This document shows positions 57,801 to 64,000 of a stretch of 64,000 nucleotides of DNA, in pieces; positions within the stretch are counted from its first letter, which is position 1, and each line of letters opens with the position of its first letter. The DNA comes from a virus. The notes under the pieces are model-generated. The model had not been told where the DNA came from, made no database searches, and worked only from the letters and a program-made list of their open reading frames with translations. The translations under genes were made by a program, and so were the position numbers. Location: IMG/VR virus record IMGVR_UViG_3300027759_000048; one strand, 5' to 3'.

Positions 57801-58287
57801 TGCTGCCTTTGATAAAGCTAATAATAGTGGTGCTAATGTAGGACAAACTGCTCCTACTGTTGATCTCACAGTCGGTAAACTTTGGTGGAACTCTGACCTT
57901 GGTAAGATGTTCGTTTACTATACTGATCCAGCGAATACAAGTTCATGGGTTGAAATATCACCTTCTGTATCATCAATTGAAGGCGCTATCGTTACAGGTT
58001 ATATCAATCCTGTTTATGATGTTGCTAATGCTGCTTTCGATGCTACTAACAATAAGGTACAAATCAGTAGTATTGCGCCTGTCAATCCAACAGCAGGAAC
58101 ATTGTGGTGGAATAAAGATTATGGTAGATTACTTGTTTACTATACAGATGTGGATTCATCTCAGTGGGTTGATACATCACCATCCTACGACACATCACCT
58201 ATATATAATACAGCGAACGCCGCATACGATAAAGCGAATAGTGGATCATCATTGTCACTTGCTTATGCTGTAGCACTTGGAATGTAA
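51886..58287 (+). CDS. Long tail fibre-like protein with Asn-based heptad repeats and modular domains
   Basis: 2133 aa; N-x-x-(Y/W)-x-x-x heptads; duplicated GDIGITGNLTISG..DNAGLEVNRG domains; four G.LWW....G.L..YY.D..S.WV modules. Confidence 0.8.
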   Translation: MSIKITTGGGDKLNVTTTPKNRITLTTGGGGSMAGAALITDLPPIWYHANGAANVANYAYASSNSNWVVQNLIYSTVNVSYTMGNAAYVCLNAAYGTVNAVYASSNSNWQVQNVVYSTVNANYVMANASYVALNTAYDTVNAVYASGNSNWVVQNALYTLANTIYDSSVSNWTVQNAIYSTANAAYVMGNAAYATINANYASSNSNWVVQNALYSTTNSNYVMGNAAYATINAVYASSNSNWTVQNAVFGLANTIYASSNSNWTVQNALFTLANTIYASSNSNWTVQNLVYATVNANYVMANAGYTTLNAAYDTVNAVYASSNSNWTVQNLVYATVNANYVMGNASYEALNAAYDTVNATYASSNSNWVVQNALYDLTNTVYASSNSNWVVQNAVYDLTNTIYASSNSNWVVQNLVYATVNAAYTLANAAYSNANSLAIAANAWSNHVGLSANSYAGFMANSSNIYTEATYVKLIAPSQLIDGDIGITGNLTISGAVTYANTRQLQVGDNIITLNADLPMDVMAIDNAGLEVNRGNHNSNAALLWMEVDGKWAITGNVSQTINTFISSNTDLGKVLDTVNANYASANSNWTVQNLVYATVNANYVMSNAAYVALNSAYDTVNANYASSNSNWVVQNLVYATVNASYVMGNASYEALNAAYGTVNAVYASSNSNWTVQNLVYATVNANYVMANAGYNTLNAAYDTVNVTYASANSNWQVQNAIYDLTNTVYASSNSNWVVQNAVYDLANTIYASSNSNWTVQNLVYATVNANYVMANANYDLTNAAYASGNSNWQVQNALYDLTNTVYASSNSNWVVQNAIYDLTNTVYASSNSNWTVQNLVYATVNASYTLANAAYANANAVSIGANTWANTVGLSANSYAGFMVNSSNSYADATYLKLTSPSQTITGDLSITGNVFLLGNATSIAANNVVINDPVIYLAANNDQGDVLDIGFIGNYSNGTANLHTGLYRDHANKQYYLFVEHAGPDPSTTNELIPYANGMINAVLNTDLITSNIYLGGANAIHTITGAFDKANAAYNNANVGFAAANAYSNATGTAGNNYASILAANNAVGANNWANTVGIAGNNYTDHVGLSVNIYTSILAANNAVGANAWANTVGTAGNNYTDHVTLSGNTYASILAANNAIGANNWANTVGTAGNNYTNYVGASANSYATATYATLSNVAQVYQTTNISFDTANAAYAAANNVAPQVTPSYNTANNAYLTANAAFGHSNLTYDAVNSVFTVANAAYNSANVGLASANAWTNTVGASANSYALTTATNIGTAGNNYTNYVGASANAFADATYYKKTGGLISGDVGITGNLTISGTTTYANTQQLQIGDNILTLNADLPMSVMPIDNAGLEVNRGNLSSNAALLWIETAGQWSISGNIAQTVTTYIASNTLVEQYASAGNAYTQQVGAAGNNYTNYVGASVNAYATATYATQSNVAIIYNTSNVAFDTANAAYASANNVAPQVEPAFRTANNAYLTANAAFAKANVGGANVASTPPTSPTNGQLWWDTVTGRLFIYYNDGNTSQWVETTPTPEIDTGYYHLTNVAFNTVNVAYASINSNWTVTNTVYDVANAAFASANNVAPQIHPSYTTANLAFFNSNAAFRHANAAFDSANNVAPQVTPSYNTANNAYNTANAAFDKANNALANTTGVTFAGNLKFSGSATANNGFFSLHDYRGSFSDGIVVDYVNGRGRISVGANDAMTFYNGGVGTIPILTLSQYGFIGIGNTNPTYPVTISGNGAPITTLAGAIFSAESSENGPVQLNIRNAGTSPASSGDLVVTADDGNDVSNFINFGINGSNYAQPGWTINGARDGYLYTSNSNLAIGTANSTALKSLSFFVGGTLAGNEVLRIQDSASGANIGVGRTDPNYKLDIVGTVNASNILINGVPIGTASVKVQNTAPILPAGGNLWWDNDSGKLYIYYIDQDSAQWVEAAPEAPGIDLSILIPTNQLANAAYNTANAAFDKANNSGANVGQTAPTVDLTVGKLWWNSDLGKMFVYYTDPANTSSWVEISPSVSSIEGAIVTGYINPVYDVANAAFDATNNKVQISSIAPVNPTAGTLWWNKDYGRLLVYYTDVDSSQWVDTSPSYDTSPIYNTANAAYDKANSGSSLSLAYAVALGM
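52030..54480 (+). repeat. Protein-level 21-nt (heptad) tandem repeat array, interrupted by one globular domain at about 53220-53610
   Basis: Units such as NAVYASS, NSNWTVQ, NLVYATV, NANYVMG, NAAYDTV with variable third codon positions. Confidence 0.85.
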
Positions 58288-58296
58288 GGAACCAAA

Positions 58297-61239
58297 ATGG
58301 CAAAGAAGTTAATTAAATCATATGTTTTCACACCGGGAGCGGCGGGAGTGGGATCCGTTGTTATTCCAGGCAAGGTGTCTATTGAAGATTTGTTGCTAGT
58401 TACTAACGTAACAAGAAACGTCATTATCTATAACTTCGGTGCTCCTGAATTTATTGGAACAACAGTTGTCTATACTGCCGCTGATACTGCTTTGTTCACA
58501 AATCTTCTTCAGAAAGAAGCTGGTTATACAACTATTACTCTTGCTTACAATACATCAACCCATAGTGCTACAGACAAACTACAAGTATTCGTAGAAGATT
58601 CAAAAGACGGTGTTAAGATTAGACCATGGGCATTTGGTACTGACGCCATTGAACGTATTCGTGTAGCAAATCCACAGTCAATGATTGACGCCGACTTTGA
58701 ATACGGTCTACAGCCTACGAAGTGGGCAGGTTACGGCACAATTCGTGGTTATCCTTCAACATACGAATTGCCAGGTATCGATCTAACAGTAACCACAGTT
58801 ACCACAGACTTCAATGCTACAAGTTCAACAAACAGTGTAATTACAGCAACATTCGATTCTGCTCATGGTATGGTCGCAGGTCAAGTTATTTGTATGACAA
58901 GTTTGAATCCTGCTGTTGTTGGTTTCAGTAGAGCGGCAGGTAACTTTATCATCAACTCAGTGCCATCTTCTACATCCGTCACATACTTTGCTAAAGGTAT
59001 TGTAGGAACATTCAACGGTCAAAATTTGTTTATCACCTCTACACTAGCAAAAAGAGGTGCTCTCTACTCGGTATCAGAAATCGTTGTTAAAGATGCCACA
59101 TCATCTGGTGCGATTCCTTCTGTTATGACGATCAATTTTAATGCTCCTCATGGACTTCTACCAGGTACACAGATATATGCTAACGTTGGATCTGGTAACT
59201 ATGCCAACCTAGCAACTGGTCCGTTTGTTATTACAAGCGTACCGTCACAAAACTCTTTCATCTATACTGCCAGAACAGGAGCAGCAGTTGCTTCTCCAGC
59301 TTTGATGAATGTTTATGCGTTCAACTCATCATCTATTGTCCATCGACCACAAGACGGTGGTGTTGTTCTTGAAACAGGAACACCGACATATGGTGCTGTC
59401 GCAGTTCGTCAGACTAAAAAGTATTTCCGTTATCAATCTGGTAAAGGTTATTTCTGGTCAACTGGTACATTGTTTAAACCAAACTATGACGTTCAATCTA
59501 TTACCTCCAGTGGTCTAGGCATTGGTTCTACTGTAACAGTAACCACAGATAATATCGATCATGGTTTACAACCTGGTGCGATTATTAGATTAAACAGTGT
59601 ATTGACATCTGGTTATAACGGAACATATACCGTCACTAGTATCGTAAGTGACTATTCTTTCACCTTTACTGCTACACAAAATCTTGGTGCCACTAGTGCG
59701 GTGCTTGATATTGATTGTAGAGTTTATATTGACAGATGGACTGGCGCTTGTGTTAGAGCCGGTATGTTTGACGATCAGAACGGTATTTTCTGGGAGTTCG
59801 ATGGTAATAGACTTTATGTGGTTAGAAGATCATCCACGGCACAGGTTACTGGTACAGTTTCAGCAACATTAAACAGCAGTCTTATTACAGGAACAAGCAC
59901 AAGATTTACTCAGCAACTTAAAGCTGGTGATAAGGTCATGATTAGAGGTATGACACACTTTATTTCATATGTTGCGGATGATATAACCGCATACATTACA
60001 CCAGATTATCGTGGTGTTACTGCTACAGGTATTAAAGCAAGTATGATTAGAGAGTTGAGAATTCCTCAGAATGAATTTAACGTTGATACTATCGACGGTA
60101 ACGGTCCTAGTGGATACAACATCGATCTAAACAAAATGCAGATGATGGCTATTCAGTTCTCATGGTACGGCGCTGGCTTCATTGATTACATGGTTCGTGG
60201 TTCAGATGGTAACTTCTTAACAGCACATCGTATCAAAAACAATAACGTCAATGACGAATCCTATATGCGTTCTGGTAACTTGCCTGTTCGTTATTCTATC
60301 GAGAATGACTGTCCAGTTAGTTTCTTGACTACTGCTATGAATGCTACACAGAATACTATTCCAATCAAAGAAACTAAGTTCTTTCCTAATACGGGCATCG
60401 TTTATATTGACAATGAAATCATTAGTTATAATGGTAAGAGCACTACATCTGGTACAGGTAATCTGACGAATGCTGTTAGAAACTTTACTATGTCACAGTA
60501 TCAATCCGGATCATCATATAATCTAACAGCGGGAGCTAACGTTGCTCACTCAGCCGCTAACGGCGTTATTATGATTCAGACAACTTGTAGTCCGACACTC
60601 AATCACTGGGGTTCTGCTCTTATTCTTGACGGTGGGTTTGACTCGGAACGTGGTTACATCTTCAACTATCAAAGAATTAACATGCCGCTTACAACTACAG
60701 CGCAGACGGCGTTCGTTATTCGTCTTGCTCCATCAGTTGAAAACTCACAGATTGGTCCATTGGGTTCTAAGACATTGCTCAATCGTTCTCAGTTGCTACT
60801 AGAAGAAGTCGGTGTTGCTGTCTCCGGCGGTTCATCATCACCTTTAGTTGGTAACATTATTATTGAAGGTATTCTCAATCCTAAGAACTTTAGTAATGCT
60901 ACATGGACAGCATTGAACACAGAGTCCGTGGGTGGACAGCCAAGTTTCGCTCAGGTTTCTCAGACTGTTATTTGGTCAACTATCGGTGCTGGTCCATCTT
61001 CTGGTGTTCAGTATGCTATTCCTGGTGAGCAGGTGTTCGCTTTCGCTGGTCAGGCAACTACATCAGGCGCTGTTAGTGATCGTCTTGACATCGGTAAACT
61101 AAAAGAGTTGACGGGTGCTCCACTTGGTGGTGACTTTAAGTATCCTGACGGCTCTGATATTCTAGCAATCAATATTAGAACGACATCAGGTACAGCGAAC
61201 GCCGCACTTGTTTTGCGATGGTCAGAAGCACAGGCATAA
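58297..61239 (+). CDS. Virion structural protein (cyanomyovirus-type)
   Basis: PQSMIDADFEYGLQPTKW, RQTKKYFRYQSGKG, YMRSGNLPVRY, HWGSALILDG, WSEAQA. Confidence 0.8.
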   Translation: MAKKLIKSYVFTPGAAGVGSVVIPGKVSIEDLLLVTNVTRNVIIYNFGAPEFIGTTVVYTAADTALFTNLLQKEAGYTTITLAYNTSTHSATDKLQVFVEDSKDGVKIRPWAFGTDAIERIRVANPQSMIDADFEYGLQPTKWAGYGTIRGYPSTYELPGIDLTVTTVTTDFNATSSTNSVITATFDSAHGMVAGQVICMTSLNPAVVGFSRAAGNFIINSVPSSTSVTYFAKGIVGTFNGQNLFITSTLAKRGALYSVSEIVVKDATSSGAIPSVMTINFNAPHGLLPGTQIYANVGSGNYANLATGPFVITSVPSQNSFIYTARTGAAVASPALMNVYAFNSSSIVHRPQDGGVVLETGTPTYGAVAVRQTKKYFRYQSGKGYFWSTGTLFKPNYDVQSITSSGLGIGSTVTVTTDNIDHGLQPGAIIRLNSVLTSGYNGTYTVTSIVSDYSFTFTATQNLGATSAVLDIDCRVYIDRWTGACVRAGMFDDQNGIFWEFDGNRLYVVRRSSTAQVTGTVSATLNSSLITGTSTRFTQQLKAGDKVMIRGMTHFISYVADDITAYITPDYRGVTATGIKASMIRELRIPQNEFNVDTIDGNGPSGYNIDLNKMQMMAIQFSWYGAGFIDYMVRGSDGNFLTAHRIKNNNVNDESYMRSGNLPVRYSIENDCPVSFLTTAMNATQNTIPIKETKFFPNTGIVYIDNEIISYNGKSTTSGTGNLTNAVRNFTMSQYQSGSSYNLTAGANVAHSAANGVIMIQTTCSPTLNHWGSALILDGGFDSERGYIFNYQRINMPLTTTAQTAFVIRLAPSVENSQIGPLGSKTLLNRSQLLLEEVGVAVSGGSSSPLVGNIIIEGILNPKNFSNATWTALNTESVGGQPSFAQVSQTVIWSTIGAGPSSGVQYAIPGEQVFAFAGQATTSGAVSDRLDIGKLKELTGAPLGGDFKYPDGSDILAINIRTTSGTANAALVLRWSEAQA

Positions 61240-61248
61240 AGGAAGAAA

Positions 61249-61998
61249 ATGGCAGCTTTAGACTTTCCAGTATCACCAGCTAATAATCAGATATACACTC
61301 TTAATGGAGTTCAGTATTACTATAATGGTGATATTGGTGCTTGGCTAACTAATCTAATTACCAATCCAGTCAATGCGAATACGACTAATACACAGATACT
61401 ATTCAATGATGCTGGCTATACTAACGGTTCAATTGGATTAGTTTTCAATAAGTATTCCAATACATTTACGACTGGTAGCATTGTTGCTTCAGGTAATATC
61501 TGGGCTACTGGTAATGTCACTGTTTCTGGTAATGTCACTTCCAATGGTATCATATCAACATTAGATAAGATTGGTGTTGGTACTACTGGTCTAGCTGTAA
61601 ATCAAAAGTTTCTGGTATATGGTGGACGTTCGGGTCTAATAGCAAATGCCGAGACATACTCAATTGGTGTCAGATATTCAATAGCGGCGGGCAACGATTA
61701 CTATTACATCGGAGCAACATCAGGAGCATCACCAAATCTAGTTTTCTCGAATGCTGGTGGTGCTGAAAGAGTTAGAATTTCTACTGATGGTAACGTTGGT
61801 ATTGGTAATACAAACCCAAGTCTAAAGCTAGAGGTTGCTGGCAATATGTCAGTAGATGCTTTCGTTGAATGCTCTGCTAACATCTCAACAAGCTATACAA
61901 TCACTGAAGGTCGTAACGCTATGTCGGCTGGACCTATCACACTAAATAGTGGTGTAACAGTAACAGTTCCATCAGGTTCAACCTGGACAGTAGTGTAA
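61249..61998 (+). CDS. Tail fibre-associated protein
   Basis: LDFP.SP N-terminus; GNVGIGNTNP repeat; NAMSAGPITLNSGVTVTVPSGSTWTVV C-terminus. Confidence 0.7.
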   Translation: MAALDFPVSPANNQIYTLNGVQYYYNGDIGAWLTNLITNPVNANTTNTQILFNDAGYTNGSIGLVFNKYSNTFTTGSIVASGNIWATGNVTVSGNVTSNGIISTLDKIGVGTTGLAVNQKFLVYGGRSGLIANAETYSIGVRYSIAAGNDYYYIGATSGASPNLVFSNAGGAERVRISTDGNVGIGNTNPSLKLEVAGNMSVDAFVECSANISTSYTITEGRNAMSAGPITLNSGVTVTVPSGSTWTVV

Positions 61999-62008
61999 GG
62001 AAAGATAG

Positions 62009-62713
62009 ATGCCTGTTAGTATTAGTGGATCTGGACTAATTACCGGTCTCTCTTCTGGTGGTATTGCAAATGGATCAATATCAGCCAGTGCGTTGGATTC
62101 TTCGGTCCCGCTTGGATTAAAGTCAATTCAAATTTTTGAAACTGCTGGAAATTTTACATGGACAAGACCTGCTGGCATAAAAAGAATTAGAGTTTATGTG
62201 ACTGGTGGTGGAGCAGGTGGCGGTTCACATAACCAAGACGATGCTCAAGGTGGTGGCGGAGCCGGTGGCACAGCAATCAAATTAATTGATGTTAGTTCTG
62301 TTTCATCTGTCGCTGTTACCATTGGTTCTGGTGGTACAGGATCAGTAGGCAACACAAATACAGGCGGATCCGACGGCGGAACATCATCATTTGGTGCATA
62401 TTGTACCGCAACAGGAGGTTCAAGACCTGTAAACTGGGCGGGCGGCGGTCGTGGTGGTTCTGCTAGTGGAGGTGATATAAACTTATACGGTGCAGATGGT
62501 CACGGAGGCAATATCGACGGCGGCGGTAATGAAGAAACAGGTGGTAATGGAGGCAACTCTTTTTGGGGAGGCTCTGGAGCTGGCGGATCATACTGGATTG
62601 CTCGTGGAACATCAAGAGGATGGGGTTGTGGTGGTGCAGGCACTCACGCCACTTCAAGCGATTCTGGTTCAAATGGTGTGTCTGGAGTTGTTGTTGTGGA
62701 GGAATACTATTAA
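62009..62713 (+). CDS. Glycine-rich tail fibre tip protein
   Basis: FTWTRPAG...VTGGGAGGG...GVVVVEEY. Confidence 0.75.
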   Translation: MPVSISGSGLITGLSSGGIANGSISASALDSSVPLGLKSIQIFETAGNFTWTRPAGIKRIRVYVTGGGAGGGSHNQDDAQGGGGAGGTAIKLIDVSSVSSVAVTIGSGGTGSVGNTNTGGSDGGTSSFGAYCTATGGSRPVNWAGGGRGGSASGGDINLYGADGHGGNIDGGGNEETGGNGGNSFWGGSGAGGSYWIARGTSRGWGCGGAGTHATSSDSGSNGVSGVVVVEEYY

Positions 62714-63018
62714 TGAAAGCGTTAATATTTGACAATGTGGTAGTAGACCTAGCTCCCACTGAATTTGAAGTTCACAATAATCTATATTGGATTGATGCTG
62801 ACGAAAATGTTAAGGTGGGATGGAAATTAGTTAATGGTAATTTAGTTGAACCAGCACAACCAAATTACAACTATAAGCAGCTAAGAAGTTTATCATATCC
62901 ACAAATGATAGATTTTATTGACGCATACTACTGGGCTCAAAAGGGTGATAGCACAAAGATGGACGAATATATTGCTAAGTGTGACGCTGTTAAAGAAAAG
63001 TATCCAAAGGGTGAATAA
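62713..63018 (+). CDS. Tail fibre assembly-like protein
   Basis: TAATG start MKALIFDN; R...YP...D...VKEKYPK. Confidence 0.7.
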   Translation: MKALIFDNVVVDLAPTEFEVHNNLYWIDADENVKVGWKLVNGNLVEPAQPNYNYKQLRSLSYPQMIDFIDAYYWAQKGDSTKMDEYIAKCDAVKEKYPKGE

Positions 63019-63605
63019 TGCCGATTAAACTAAACTCATCAGGTGGTGGTTCAATAACGATTGATGTGCCAAACATGTCAACAGCCAACACACTTACATT
63101 GCCTGCTATTACAGGTAACGTTATCACCTCTGCGGATTCTAATACTATTACACAACCTATGATTAGTAGATCAGGTTTCTATGGTGGATTTGGTCCTGCT
63201 TTTAGTGCTTATAACATCGGTGGTCAAAGCGTATCTGCTGGTGTATATACAAAGCTACAGATTAATACTGAGGAATTTGATACAGCAAATTGTTACGATA
63301 ACACAACAAACTATAGATTTACACCTAACGTCGCTGGATACTATCTTTTTACATTTAACGCTGAGAATGGTGCCGCTACCGCTCGACTAACAACATATTT
63401 GTATAAAAATGGATCTGCATTTAAAAATGGTGTCGATTCAATAGGAAACGGAACAAATAGTAATAGTTCCAATGGATCTGCTCTTGCTTATGCCAATGGC
63501 ACTTCAGATTATTTTGAACTATATGCTCAGGGAAATAATGCTCAAAGCATACAACCAGGCTCAGCGGTTACATTTTTTCAAGCATTCTTAGTGAGGCCTG
63601 CATAA
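63018..63605 (+). CDS. Fibre protein with C1q-like C-terminal domain
   Basis: PAFSAY, EEFDTANCYD..NYRFTPNVAGYY, LYKNG, DYFELY. Confidence 0.75.
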   Translation: MPIKLNSSGGGSITIDVPNMSTANTLTLPAITGNVITSADSNTITQPMISRSGFYGGFGPAFSAYNIGGQSVSAGVYTKLQINTEEFDTANCYDNTTNYRFTPNVAGYYLFTFNAENGAATARLTTYLYKNGSAFKNGVDSIGNGTNSNSSNGSALAYANGTSDYFELYAQGNNAQSIQPGSAVTFFQAFLVRPA

Positions 63606-64000
63606 TGTCAACTATCAAATCAATCAACCTACAGCATCCAGGTAGCGTAAGAACAAATATCGTTTTAGATACCGGCGGTAACATGTCTTCGAACACTGTT
63701 ACTTGTAACGCTGCGGCAGTCAATAGTATTACAGCTAACGTCAGTGCCTCAAGTCTTAGATATAATAATGTGACCTACATTTCACAGTGTGGCGCAGGTT
63801 GTATGATGTTATTTCAGAATGGTAGAGTATATACAGCATCAGGTACCAGTGGTGGTACTGGAAATTATGCGACAGGTAGAGGATTGAACGGTCAAGTACC
63901 TGTGTATGGTCTAGACAAATTTAAGGCTGTTGCTTTTCCAAACGAAACCACAAATCCGATTCAATGCGGTACCGACGGGTTTAATAGATCGTGGGCACTA
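63605..64000 (+). CDS. Tail-associated protein, N-terminal part (runs off the window)
   Basis: TAATG start MSTIKSINLQHPGS..NIVLD; open to the end of the window. Confidence 0.65.
   Translation, partial: MSTIKSINLQHPGSVRTNIVLDTGGNMSSNTVTCNAAAVNSITANVSASSLRYNNVTYISQCGAGCMMLFQNGRVYTASGTSGGTGNYATGRGLNGQVPVYGLDKFKAVAFPNETTNPIQCGTDGFNRSWAL

Overview
64 kb segment of a large T4-like (Tevenvirinae-like, phiM12/cyanomyovirus-type gene order) myovirus genome. The host is most likely an alphaproteobacterium, inferred from a permuted tmRNA with an ANDNF...LAA tag, a rhizobial-type L,D-transpeptidase and a B12-dependent RNR. 1-23.6 kb is an early/middle accessory and replication region. It carries the class II RNR C-terminus, L,D-transpeptidase, 2OG-Fe(II) oxygenase, glutaredoxin, RNase H, a putative restriction-modification pair, many small ORFs behind a repeated composite promoter, four tRNAs, a DenV-like glycosylase, PhoH, an exonuclease, an AMP-binding (ANL) enzyme, a two-piece tmRNA and gp33-gp59-gp32. 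23.6-28.9 kb is a minus-strand hub/tail cassette that includes a protein with three peptidoglycan-hydrolase domains. 29-64 kb holds late structural genes (gp4, gp2, gp53, hub, split gp5, gp25, gp6, gp7, gp8, VrlC-like, fibres and a gp38-like adhesin). The most notable items are absent from the ORF track: the circularly permuted tmRNA, tRNAs with co-varied tertiary cores, a fixed-geometry palindrome+promoter module, late promoters inside hairpins that cover or abut the RBS, and several small peptides. All calls come from reading motifs by eye; no searches were run.
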